Assembly: GCA_018001225.1 (NCBI GenBank)
Contig: JAGNIJ010000001.1
Span: forward strand, 155,384-219,383
Origin: Kiritimatiellia bacterium
Lineage (GTDB): Bacteria > Verrucomicrobiota > Kiritimatiellia > CAIQIC01 > JAGNIJ01
Direction of reading: 5' to 3'
DNA: 64,000 nucleotides
The translations under genes were made by a program, and so were the position numbers. The number at the start of each line of letters is the position of its first letter. Within the stretch, counting starts at the first letter, position 1. The notes beneath the pieces were generated by a model that worked only from the letters and a program-made list of their open reading frames with translations, was not told the origin of the DNA and made no database searches. Shown piece after piece: positions 7,000 to 16,246 of the stretch.

Positions 7000-9900
7000 T
7001 CAGGGCAGGAAGACCCGCGAGCGGAAATGAACGGGCGTGCCGAGGTCGTTGGTGATGGTGATGCTCAAACTGCCGCCGTCGGCCTCGCCGGACCGGTTGT
7101 ACCCGAGGGGCGTCCACGTCCCTTCCGCGAGGTCGCTGCAATACGAGATGTCGTAGAGGCGGCTGTTCGTCGTGGGCGCGCCGATTTCCACCGTGAACGG
7201 GCCCGCGCCGGGAGCGCCTGCGACGCCCAGCCGGGCGAAGAACGAGCCGCCGTTGGTGGGATGGGTGTCGGACCAGTACTCCTGCAGGTTGCTGAACCCG
7301 TCGGCGTCCCGGTCGTCGTCGTCGCCGGAGTTCAGCCCTGTGAGCTGGTACCGGTCGCGCCAGTCCTGCGGGATCTGGCTGGCGGTGCCCTCGCGCACGA
7401 TCTGCACGACCACGCTGGTCGAGGGGCCGGACCCGGCGGCGCCGAGGCGCGTCAAACGGTTGAAGAAGAAGTCGTAGTCCGACCCCGCGCCCGCGTTGTA
7501 GTTCCAGGCCCGGAACACGGCGATGGACTGGTCCGCGGCGGTGATGAGGCTGCCGGTGTTCGTGCGCGTGGTGCTGCCGTACGGGGTGATCCGCGCGCGG
7601 AAGGTGGTCGGGCTGGTCAGCGTGAATTCCACGTCCAGCCCGGCGGACGTCCAGCCGACGTCGGTGGTCGTGCTGCTCATGCTGTAGAAGGTGTCGCCGC
7701 CGTTGAAGAAGAACTCCCACAGGGTCGTGCCGGCCGCGTTCTGCAGGGCCACCCCGGTGCCGCTGCCCGTGTTGATGAACCCGTTGTCCATCCGCACCGA
7801 GACGGTCTGGCCGACCGCCAGCGCGTTGGTCAGCAGGCGCTTGGCCTCGGACAGGTTGCCGCTGTTGGCGTACAGGCCCCACGCCGGCGCGCCGATGTTC
7901 ACGGTCCCATGGTTGGCCATGAACCGCCCGTTCTCGCTCGAGTTGCCCGAGCTGGTGTAGAACTGCCACGCGCCCCAGCCGGAGCCGCCGTTGTCGGACA
8001 GGTCCCACGCGTCGTTGTACACGGCGTTCGTGCCGTCATCCGTCGCCAGCACCGCGCTGCCCGCGTTCGTGGCGGAGACGACGATCCGGTTGGTCCCGAC
8101 GCCGAGCCCGATGTCGGCGAGGGACCACGAGAACCCGATGGCGCCCGTGCCGGTCGCGCCGGTCAGCTGGTTGCTCCACGCGAGGCCGGCCCAGTTGAGC
8201 GCGTTGGCCACGCCCTGCAGGGTATAGTTGGTGGTGCCCTCGGCCACCGCGATCGCGGACGGCGGATTCGTGACCAGCAGGTCCGGCGGCAGGGGCTCGT
8301 TATCGAGAATCGTGACCGTCTGCTGGCTTGGCGCGCCGAGTTCGGCCCCGACGACCCCGCTCAACGAGGCCGAGAAGGTCTCGCTGCCCTCGTAGCTGCC
8401 GTCGTCCGCGAGGACCACGTCGAAGTACTTGTTCGCCAGGTCGCCGGCCGCCCACTGGAGCGTGCCGTTCGTCGCGGTGTAGTCCGAGCCCGCGGCGGCC
8501 GTGCCGTTGGCCGTGGCGAAGGCGACGCTGACCGCGCCCGTGGCCGCGCCGGTGCGGTTCGCGTACACCCGCACGCTGCCCGCGTTTTCCGCGGCCGAGT
8601 TCGTGGCCGCGGTGAACTGTAGCGTGTCGCCGACGTCGCCGAAGCTCACCCGCAGCGCGGCGGCCGCGCCCGTGTCCGGCAGCTTGATGCCGATCCGGCC
8701 CTCGCCGGTGATCAGCCAGCCCTGGGCGCCCGCGCCGAAGTTGGCCAGTTGCGCGAGCGGCGCGCCGTTCAGGGTTACGCCGTGGACGACCGAGGTCCCG
8801 GGGTTGTAGCAGTAAACATAAAAATCGCGGGTTCCCGTGCTGTACGTGCCCTGCTTGGCCTCGATGGTGAAGTCCCACGCCGCGGCCGTGCGCGCGCTGA
8901 CCATCCGGCGCCGGCTGTACTCGCCGCCCAGGTAGTCCCACGTCTCGCCGTCGTCCTCGTGCAGCGTGAACTCGCTCGTGCCGCTGGGCCAGCAGTTGAT
9001 GTCCATCCAGCCGGGCTGGCTCTGGTTGGCGTACTGCATGGACGCGCTCATGGGAATGATGGCGCCGGACCGGACAAACAGGGGCGCCTTGCCCAGCGGG
9101 GCGCTGACGGTGACCGTCTGGCCGCCGGCGTACTTGTCCCCGGACGGCGAGCTGTTGGGCGAGCCGGACGGCCAGTAGTACCACTCCAGGCCCGGCGCGT
9201 AGGGCAGGTAGACCGTGCGGGTGGACGCGCCCTCGTTGTAGATCGGCGCCGACAGGATGAAGTCGCCGACCAGGAACTCGTAATCGCTCAAGCCGTACGT
9301 GTTGGCGTCGGCGGAGTAATCGAACACGGGCGGAACGTTCATCGGCTCGCCGGTCTGGGTGGACTCGTAGGCCAGGGTGTACAGGTAGGGCATCAGCCGG
9401 TAGCGCAGCTTGATGAGGTCGCGCATCTGGCTCTTGTAGGGCTCGCTGTAGCGCCACGGCTCGCGGTCGGCCGAGTTCTCGTTGGCGTGGTTGCGGAAGA
9501 ACGGCGTCAGGCAGTTGAACTCGGTGGAGCGCACCATCAGCTCGGCCGACGGCGTGCCGGAGAAGCCGCCCACGTCGTTGCCGTACCAGGCCGCGCCCGC
9601 GATCATCGCGCCCATGCCGAACCGGATCGTCGCCCGCTGGTAGAACCAGTTGGCGGCCGTGTCGCCGCTCCAGCTTACCCCGTACCGCTGCAGGCCGGCG
9701 TTGCCGGACCGGCTCAACACGAACGGCCGCTTGTTCGCATCCTTCGCCAGCATCGTGTTGTAGCTCTGCCGGGCGCAGCGCAGCCCGAAGTAGTTGCGCT
9801 CGTTGGACCACCACCGCCGCGAGTCGGTGCTCGAGGTGCCGAACTTGCCGTCCAGCCACAGCAGGCCGTTGTACGGGATCCCGTCGCCGCCCTCGGGTTC

Positions 9901-11289
9901 GGTCAGATCGTTCCAGATGCCGGAGAAGGCGATGCTGTTGTACCAGCTCACGATCCGGGTCTGCCACCAGGTGTTCATCGGCGTGCTGCTGTAGTCGAAC
10001 CACGAGACCGCGCCGGTGTAGATGTTGCGGGTGACGGTGCTCCCGCCGTTGTCCTTGATGAAATGCATGTTGTTGTTGGCGTCCGTGTAGTGGGCCGTGT
10101 CGCCCGGCTGGAGCCACGGCTCGATCAGCGGCACCACCTTCACGCCCCGCGCGTTGCAGTAGTTGACCATGCCCGCCGGGTCGGCGTAGCGGGAGTTGAA
10201 CGCGAGCTGCCGGATCTGGCCGTCGCCGATGTTGCCGTCCGCGTTCGCGTCCATGTAGTCGAGGTCGAGGTACACGGCGTCGAGCGGGATGTCCTCCACC
10301 GTGGCCTGGTTGGCGATGTACTCGACCCACGCCTGGTTGTCGTACGAGAAGCGCGAGAGGTGGTGGCCGAGGCCCCACTTCGGCAGCATGGTCGGGCGGC
10401 CGGTCAGCTCGGAGAAGCGGTCGATGACCTTGGGCATGCTGTGCGAGGCGCCGCCGCCGATGAAGAAGTAATCCATGCGCCCGTCGCCAGCCTCGAACGA
10501 GTAGCGGGTCTCGCCCGAGACATTGAACTTGAACAGCGGCCGGCAGGGGTTGTTGAAGAACACGCCGTACACGAAGGCCGGGTTGCCGCCGGCCGCCGGC
10601 TGGACGCCGTAGAAGAATGGGATGTTCATGTAGGTCGGGTTCTGGTACTCGCCCCAGTTGAACGTGCCGGTGTTCCAGCAGTCGATCTCGCGGCCGCGCC
10701 GGTTCATCGGGCCGCCGTACTCGCCCAGGCCGAAGTAGGCCTGCCCGCTCGGCATGATCTTCTGGCACTTCAGCTTCGAGGAGCCCGTGCCGCGCTGGCC
10801 GGTGTAGCTGTACCCCGCGTCGTACTCCATGAAGTCTTCCTGCAGCAGGTAGAACCCGCTCTTGTCCTTGAAGTGAATCTTGAGCGGCGTCTTCTCCACC
10901 TCGATGTCCAGTTGGCTGGTCTGGATCACGTACTTCGAGCCCTGGTCGCTGATCGTCGCGCCGGCGGAGGTCCAGTCGGCCAGCGGCTTGGCGATCATCG
11001 GCTGGTCCGTCTCGAACGGGCCGACCCAGTGGTAATCCACCCGGACCACGTCCGCCGCGAACGGGGTGACCTCGACCGAGCCCCCGCCGCTCAACGCGAA
11101 CGAGGCGGTGATGTTGCCGGAGGGGCTGTTCGTGGTCAGCGTCAAGCCCGTGACGTTGCCGGCCGAAGTCGCCGCCCGGGCCGGCGAAAGCCCGACGGTC
11201 ATCGGGGCCGTGGCCGCCAGGAGCAAGAGCAGTCGTCGCCCGCGGCCGGCAAACGGCGAGAGGTTGAAGCGACGCGTATTCCTGGTCAT
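7000..11289 (-). CDS. glycoside hydrolase family 31 (alpha-glucosidase/alpha-xylosidase-like) with a Calx-beta domain, TSP3-like calcium-binding repeats and a conserved C-terminal tail
   Basis: GH31 nucleophile motif GIWNDLTEPE (WxDxxEP) and acid/base region VSWSGDTAANW. A Calx-beta-like segment (SVRVYANRTGAATGAVSVAFATANGTAAAGSDYTATNGTLQWAAGD). An Asp-rich DDDDRDADG stretch followed by a conserved tail. The likely start is MTRNTRR... at about 11289 (signal peptide ...LLLLLAATAPMTVGLSPARA). The upstream in-frame extension to 11352 is probably not translated. Confidence 0.8.
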   Translation of the reverse strand: MTRNTRRFNLSPFAGRGRRLLLLLAATAPMTVGLSPARAATSAGNVTGLTLTTNSPSGNITASFALSGGGSVEVTPFAADVVRVDYHWVGPFETDQPMIAKPLADWTSAGATISDQGSKYVIQTSQLDIEVEKTPLKIHFKDKSGFYLLQEDFMEYDAGYSYTGQRGTGSSKLKCQKIMPSGQAYFGLGEYGGPMNRRGREIDCWNTGTFNWGEYQNPTYMNIPFFYGVQPAAGGNPAFVYGVFFNNPCRPLFKFNVSGETRYSFEAGDGRMDYFFIGGGASHSMPKVIDRFSELTGRPTMLPKWGLGHHLSRFSYDNQAWVEYIANQATVEDIPLDAVYLDLDYMDANADGNIGDGQIRQLAFNSRYADPAGMVNYCNARGVKVVPLIEPWLQPGDTAHYTDANNNMHFIKDNGGSTVTRNIYTGAVSWFDYSSTPMNTWWQTRIVSWYNSIAFSGIWNDLTEPEGGDGIPYNGLLWLDGKFGTSSTDSRRWWSNERNYFGLRCARQSYNTMLAKDANKRPFVLSRSGNAGLQRYGVSWSGDTAANWFYQRATIRFGMGAMIAGAAWYGNDVGGFSGTPSAELMVRSTEFNCLTPFFRNHANENSADREPWRYSEPYKSQMRDLIKLRYRLMPYLYTLAYESTQTGEPMNVPPVFDYSADANTYGLSDYEFLVGDFILSAPIYNEGASTRTVYLPYAPGLEWYYWPSGSPNSSPSGDKYAGGQTVTVSAPLGKAPLFVRSGAIIPMSASMQYANQSQPGWMDINCWPSGTSEFTLHEDDGETWDYLGGEYSRRRMVSARTAAAWDFTIEAKQGTYSTGTRDFYVYCYNPGTSVVHGVTLNGAPLAQLANFGAGAQGWLITGEGRIGIKLPDTGAAAALRVSFGDVGDTLQFTAATNSAAENAGSVRVYANRTGAATGAVSVAFATANGTAAAGSDYTATNGTLQWAAGDLANKYFDVVLADDGSYEGSETFSASLSGVVGAELGAPSQQTVTILDNEPLPPDLLVTNPPSAIAVAEGTTNYTLQGVANALNWAGLAWSNQLTGATGTGAIGFSWSLADIGLGVGTNRIVVSATNAGSAVLATDDGTNAVYNDAWDLSDNGGSGWGAWQFYTSSGNSSENGRFMANHGTVNIGAPAWGLYANSGNLSEAKRLLTNALAVGQTVSVRMDNGFINTGSGTGVALQNAAGTTLWEFFFNGGDTFYSMSSTTTDVGWTSAGLDVEFTLTSPTTFRARITPYGSTTRTNTGSLITAADQSIAVFRAWNYNAGAGSDYDFFFNRLTRLGAAGSGPSTSVVVQIVREGTASQIPQDWRDRYQLTGLNSGDDDDRDADGFSNLQEYWSDTHPTNGGSFFARLGVAGAPGAGPFTVEIGAPTTNSRLYDISYCSDLAEGTWTPLGYNRSGEADGGSLSITITNDLGTPVHFRSRVFLP

Positions 11290-11526
11290 AAATGGCCTCT
11301 TTTTAGGGGCGACCGCCCGCCCGCGACCCATGCAAACTTCATTACAGTACAAACAAGCCGGAATTAAGTTAAGCGTTTTAATATTAATATTTTTGTGGGG
11401 GCGAGGGGCTGTGCGTCAGGGTGCCGGGCGAGCCGTTTACGGCCTCGATAGAACGACATTGTCCGGCGTGAAGAGCTGCCGGTCGGGGCCGGCGGACCGG
11501 TGTTCCGTTAAAGTACGGACGGGCGC

Positions 11527-13176
11527 CTACCGGAAGAACAGCGGGCTGAAGTAGACCCAGAAGACGAGGATGAGGGCGCCGAGCAGGATGCTCAACCCGA
11601 GGTTCATCCGGGATACCGGTTCCGCCCCGCGCGCGGCGGCCGGCGGCGGGAAGACCGCGAGGTTCTTTTCCGTCGGCGGCGGGCCGGCGAGGCTGACGCC
11701 CACGAGGACCGCGCCGGAGACGAGGAACAGGATCACGGCGAAGTGGAGGAAGTTGACGCTCGCGTAGGCCTTGAGCCAGGCGCGGTCGTTGATCCAGGCC
11801 CAGCCGCTCTTCATCCCGAGCTCGGTGACGAACCGGAACGCGCCGAGCGCGAAGCCCGCCAGCAGGGCGGCGAGCGCGCCCCGGCCGTTCATGCGGCGCC
11901 ACAGCAGGCCGAGCAGGAACACCACGGCGATCGGCGGCGAGATGTAGGCCTGCACGGACTGGAGGTAGACATAGAGCTGGCTGCTCATCCGGCCGATGAA
12001 CGGCAGCCACAGCACGCCGACGACCACGAGCGCGACGGTCGCGAGCTGCCCGGCGCGCACGAGCTCCTTCTGCGAGGCCTGCGGCCGAAGGTGGTGGTAG
12101 AAATCCATCACGGCCAGGGTCGAGCTGCTGTTGAAGACGCTGGAGAGCGAGCTCATCAGGGCCGCCAGCAGCGCGGCGACGACCAGGCCCTTCACGCCGG
12201 ACGGCAGGAGGTTTTCCACCATGGTCGCGTACATGTTATCCGGCGCGGTCCCCGGGAACAGCCGCGCGCCCGCGAGGCCGGGCAGGACCAGGATGAAGAC
12301 CGGCAGGATCTTCAGAAACCCCGCGAAAATCGTCGCGCGTCGCGCGTCGGCCAGGTGGCGGGCGGCGAGGGTGCGCTGCACGATCATCTGGTCCGTACAC
12401 CAGTACCAGACGCCGAGGATCGGCGCGCCGAAGAGGATGCCGGTCCAGGGGAAGTCGGCGTCCTGGAGGCTTTTCCACACGGAGAAGAACGAGGCGGGCA
12501 GCCGCTCGGTGAGGCCGGCGAAGCCGCCGATTTCGGGCCGGGCCATGGCGACGGCGGTCAGCACGATGCCGCCGCCGATCAGGATGCCGGCCTGGAGAAA
12601 GTCGGTGTAGATCACCGCGCGCAGGCCGCCGAAGGCGGTATAGAGCCCGGTCGCGGCCAGCAGGACGATGGCGCCGACGTACATGTTCCAGCCCAGGATC
12701 GTGCGCAGGACCAGCGCGCCGGCGTACACCGCGACGCTGACCTTGGTGAAGACGTAGGCGATCAGCGAGATGGCCGAGAGGTAGTTGCGGCAGCTCCGGT
12801 TGTAGCGGCGCTCGAGGAATTCCGGCATCGTGAACACGCCGGTCCGCAGGTAGAAGGGCACGAAGAACCAGCCGAGCAGCAGCAGGATGAAGCAGGCGAG
12901 CCACTCGAACTGGCCGACCGCCAGGCCGCTGGCCGCGCCGCTGCCGGCCAGGCCGATGAAGTGCTCCGCCGAGATGTTCGACGCGAAGAGGCTGGCCCCG
13001 ATCGCCATCCAGCCGATGCTCCCGCCGCCAAGGAAGTAGGCTTTCGCGTCCGCGCGGCCCTTGCGGCTCGAGGCCCAGCCGATCAGCCCGACGACGACGA
13101 AATAGCCCAGCAACACCACGATATCCAGCATCGACAGTTTGCCCAGCATGCCGTCCTCCGTGTTGAGGCCCAGCAT
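11527..13176 (-). CDS. sodium:solute symporter family transporter (SSS/SGLT-like)
   Basis: About 13 TM helices. N-terminus LDIVVLLGYFVVVGLIGWASSRKG and conserved SSS-family blocks (GGGSIGWMAIGASLFASNISAEHFIGLAG). The start is ambiguous among three in-frame Met codons at 13200, 13176 and 13149. Confidence 0.8.
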   Translation of the reverse strand: MLGLNTEDGMLGKLSMLDIVVLLGYFVVVGLIGWASSRKGRADAKAYFLGGGSIGWMAIGASLFASNISAEHFIGLAGSGAASGLAVGQFEWLACFILLLLGWFFVPFYLRTGVFTMPEFLERRYNRSCRNYLSAISLIAYVFTKVSVAVYAGALVLRTILGWNMYVGAIVLLAATGLYTAFGGLRAVIYTDFLQAGILIGGGIVLTAVAMARPEIGGFAGLTERLPASFFSVWKSLQDADFPWTGILFGAPILGVWYWCTDQMIVQRTLAARHLADARRATIFAGFLKILPVFILVLPGLAGARLFPGTAPDNMYATMVENLLPSGVKGLVVAALLAALMSSLSSVFNSSSTLAVMDFYHHLRPQASQKELVRAGQLATVALVVVGVLWLPFIGRMSSQLYVYLQSVQAYISPPIAVVFLLGLLWRRMNGRGALAALLAGFALGAFRFVTELGMKSGWAWINDRAWLKAYASVNFLHFAVILFLVSGAVLVGVSLAGPPPTEKNLAVFPPPAAARGAEPVSRMNLGLSILLGALILVFWVYFSPLFFR

Positions 13177-13296
13177 GTTGCAATAGCGGAGCAAAAACAA
13201 GTCCGGCGGCCGGTTTTCTGAACCCGCGGTTGACTCGGGCCCCCCGCGGATGGCACCATGAACCCCGGACGTCGGGGCGAAAATCAGGAGAACGGG

Positions 13297-14460
13297 ATGC
13301 CGGACCGCCGGATGGAAGGGCTGGAGAGTTACCTGCTGACGGTCATCGAGGACCGCCGGCCCGGCCGCTTTCCCGCCTTCCTGCGCTTTCTGCTCAAGCA
13401 GCTATCCCTGCTTTTCGCGGTGATCGTTCAAGTTCGCCTGTGGCTTTACATCCGGGGTCTCTTCCGGCACCACACACTCGGTTGCCAGGTCATCAGCGTC
13501 GGCAACCTGACCGTCGGCGGGACGGGCAAGACCCCCGTGGTCGAAATTTTCGCCCGCTCGCTCCAGCGCCAGGGCCGCAATGTCGCCATCTTGAGCCGCG
13601 GCTACAAGCGCGACAAGCCGCCCTTCCTCACCCGGTTGGCCCGCCGGTTTAGCTTTCGCAAGGATGCCGCCCCGCCGCTGGTCGTCTCCGACGGGCAGCG
13701 GCTTCTCCTCGACTCCACCACGGGCGGCGACGAGCCGTACCTGCTGGCCTCGAACCTGCCGAACGTCAAGGTGCTGGTGGACAAGGACCGCGTGAAGGCC
13801 GGCCGCTACGCCATCGAGAAACTGGGCTGCGACACGCTACTGCTGGACGACGGGTTCCAGTACCTGCGCCTCAAGCACTGGGCGGATATCGTGCTCGTAG
13901 ACAGAACCAACCCGTTCGGCAACAAGCGGTTGCTCCCGCGCGGCATCCTGCGCGAGCCCATCCGAAACATCAAGCGGGCCTCGTTCATCTTCATCACCAA
14001 GTCCACCGGCGACGGCGCGCCGGAACTGCGCAAGACCCTCCGCGAGCTTAATCCCAAGGCGGAAATCATCGAGTGCCGGCACTGCCCGCGGCACCTGCGG
14101 GACGTGTACACGGGCGAGAAGAAGGAACTCGATCACCTGCGCGGCCTGGAGGTCGGCGCGGTCTCGGGCATCGCGGTGCCCAAGGGGTTCGAGGACGAAT
14201 TGGTCCGCCTCGGCGCGAAGGTGCTCTACCACAAACGTTACGCCGACCATCACCGGTACACCCAGCAGGAAATCCTCGACGCGATCAACCGGAGCCTTCA
14301 GAAGGGCGCGAAGGCGATCGTGACGACCGAGAAGGACGCGGTCCGGTTCCCGATGATCGAGCGACGCGACCTGCCCATCTACTTCCTGCGGGTGGAGATC
14401 GAGCTGTTGAGCGGCGAGGAGGATTTCCATGCCTGCATCTCCCGCATCTGCTTCAAGTAA
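13297..14460 (+). CDS. lpxK: tetraacyldisaccharide 4'-kinase LpxK
   Basis: P-loop [13 protein letters not shown] and full-length LpxK-like sequence (…ILSRGYKR…LLDDGFQ…). The ORF track starts at 13258; the Met at 13297 is also possible. Confidence 0.85.
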   Translation: MPDRRMEGLESYLLTVIEDRRPGRFPAFLRFLLKQLSLLFAVIVQVRLWLYIRGLFRHHTLGCQVISVGNLTVGGTGKTPVVEIFARSLQRQGRNVAILSRGYKRDKPPFLTRLARRFSFRKDAAPPLVVSDGQRLLLDSTTGGDEPYLLASNLPNVKVLVDKDRVKAGRYAIEKLGCDTLLLDDGFQYLRLKHWADIVLVDRTNPFGNKRLLPRGILREPIRNIKRASFIFITKSTGDGAPELRKTLRELNPKAEIIECRHCPRHLRDVYTGEKKELDHLRGLEVGAVSGIAVPKGFEDELVRLGAKVLYHKRYADHHRYTQQEILDAINRSLQKGAKAIVTTEKDAVRFPMIERRDLPIYFLRVEIELLSGEEDFHACISRICFK

Positions 14461-15448
14461 CGCCGGCGGCGTCCTGGTCTGCGTCCCCAACTGGGTGGGT
14501 GACGGCATCATGGCGATGCCCGCCCTTCAGGAGTTCCGGAGACGGAATCCCGGCGCGCGGATCGTGCTGCTGGTGAAGCCGGCGATGCGCCCGCTCTGGG
14601 CCATGCACGAGGTGGCAGACGCGCGGGTGGAGTTGCAGGCCGGGCTCCGGCCCGCCGTGAATTCGGTCGTCGCCGCGCAGTGCGAGCGGGCCGTCATCCT
14701 GCCGAACTCGTTTCGCTCGGCCTTGATTCCGTGTCTTGCCGGAATCCCGGAGAGACGCGGGCGGCCGGGCCACTGGCGGCGGTGGCTGCTGACGGACGTT
14801 GTCGAGCCGGCCCGCGGTCCCGCGCGGGAGCACCAGGTCTACGAGTACCTGGATCTCCTCGCGCCGGGGACGCCGACGGCCGGCTACGACCCGCCGCGCC
14901 TGCGGGTTCCGGACGCCGCGCGCGAGGCGGCCCGGTCCCGGTTGGCGGATCTCCCCGCGCCGAGGGTGGCGCTGCTGCCGGGCGCGGCGCGGGGGCCGTC
15001 GAAGCAATGGCCGGCGGCTCATTTCATCGAACTGGGCCGGCGCCTGGCCGAACAGCCCGGCGCGCGGCTGGTCGTCCTCGGCAGCGCCCGGGAGGCGGAG
15101 TTGTGCGGCCGCGTCGCGGGCGGCATCGGGCCGGCAGCGCGCAGCCTGGCGGGGGAAACGTCCATGGCCGACTGGGCCGCGCTGATCGAGGCCTGCGACC
15201 TGGTGGTCTGCAACGACAGCGGCGGCGCGCACGTTGCGGCGGCCGTGGGCCGGCCGGAAGTCGTGATCTTCGGCATGACCGATCCGGCGCGCACCGCGCC
15301 CCTTGGCGCCCGCTGCCGGGTCATCCGGGCGGAGGGCCCGTGCTCGCGCGACATCGCCCGCGACGACCCGGAAGCGATAAAAAAACTGGCCTCGATCACG
15401 CCGGAACGGGTATATCAGGCCGCGCTGGAGTGCCTGGCGGGCCGATGA
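14429..15448 (+). CDS. ADP-heptose:LPS heptosyltransferase (GT9, WaaC/WaaF-like)
   Basis: N-terminal VLVCVPNWVGDGIMAMPAL and C-terminal CDLVVCNDSGGAHVAAAVGRPEVVIFGMTDP match GT9 heptosyltransferases. It overlaps the lpxK 3' end by 32 nt. Confidence 0.8.
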   Translation: MPASPASASSNAGGVLVCVPNWVGDGIMAMPALQEFRRRNPGARIVLLVKPAMRPLWAMHEVADARVELQAGLRPAVNSVVAAQCERAVILPNSFRSALIPCLAGIPERRGRPGHWRRWLLTDVVEPARGPAREHQVYEYLDLLAPGTPTAGYDPPRLRVPDAAREAARSRLADLPAPRVALLPGAARGPSKQWPAAHFIELGRRLAEQPGARLVVLGSAREAELCGRVAGGIGPAARSLAGETSMADWAALIEACDLVVCNDSGGAHVAAAVGRPEVVIFGMTDPARTAPLGARCRVIRAEGPCSRDIARDDPEAIKKLASITPERVYQAALECLAGR

Positions 15449-15478
15449 CCGTGCCCCGCTCCGGGAACGGGAAACCGC

Positions 15479-16246
15479 ATGCGCGAACAGATTTCCGCCT
15501 GTATCACGGCCTGCGACGAGGAGCAGAACATCCGTCGCTGCCTGGAAAGCGTGAAGTGGTGCGACGAGATCGTCGTCGTGGACAGCTTCAGCGCCGACCG
15601 CACGGTGGACATCTGCCGCGAGTACACCGATCGCGTGGTGCAGCACGAGTGGCTGGGGTATATCGGGCAGAAAAACCTGATCCGCGGCATGGCCCGGCAT
15701 CCGTGGGTGCTGTTCGTGGACGCGGACGAGGAGGTCTCGCCGGCGCTGCGCGATGAAATCCGGGCGCAGTTCGAGGCCGGGACCGGCCCGTACGCGGGGT
15801 TCCAGTTTCCCCGGATGGTCTACTATCTCGGCCGCTGGATCCGGCACGGGGAATGGTACCCGGACATCAAGCTGCGCCTGTTCCGGAAGGACCTCGGCCG
15901 CAGTGAGGGGCAGGAGCCGCACGACCGCGTGGCCGTGGACGGCCCGGTAAAGACCCTGGAATCACCCCTCCATCATTACACCTATAGCGACATCTGGGAG
16001 CACTTGGAGACGATGAACCGCTTCTCGACCATCACGGCGCAGGAGAAATTCCGGCTGGGCGAGCGGTTCCGGTGGCGGGAATTTTTCTTCCGGCCGGGCT
16101 GGCGCTTCTTCAAGGCCTTTTTTCTGAAGCGCGGCCTGCTCGACGGCCCGCCGGGCCTGGTGATCGCGCTGATCAGCATGTTCGGCGTCTACATGAAATA
16201 CGCCAAGCTCTGGGAACTGGAGCACCGGAAGGGCGGGGGGGCATGA
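15479..16246 (+). CDS. family-2 glycosyltransferase (LPS-core WaaE/KdtX-like)
   Basis: CITACDEEQNIRRCLESVKWCDEIVVVDSFSADRTV... is a GT2 DxD-type fold with similarity to LPS core beta-glycosyltransferases. Confidence 0.8.
   Translation: MREQISACITACDEEQNIRRCLESVKWCDEIVVVDSFSADRTVDICREYTDRVVQHEWLGYIGQKNLIRGMARHPWVLFVDADEEVSPALRDEIRAQFEAGTGPYAGFQFPRMVYYLGRWIRHGEWYPDIKLRLFRKDLGRSEGQEPHDRVAVDGPVKTLESPLHHYTYSDIWEHLETMNRFSTITAQEKFRLGERFRWREFFFRPGWRFFKAFFLKRGLLDGPPGLVIALISMFGVYMKYAKLWELEHRKGGGA

Noticed and set aside
16072-16242. Upstream in-frame extension of the CPBP/O-antigen-ligase gene that would overlap the GT2 gene by 175 nt.
   Set aside because: The ATG at 16243 forms a canonical ATGA overlap with the GT2 stop, and the conserved hydrophobic N-terminus starts there.
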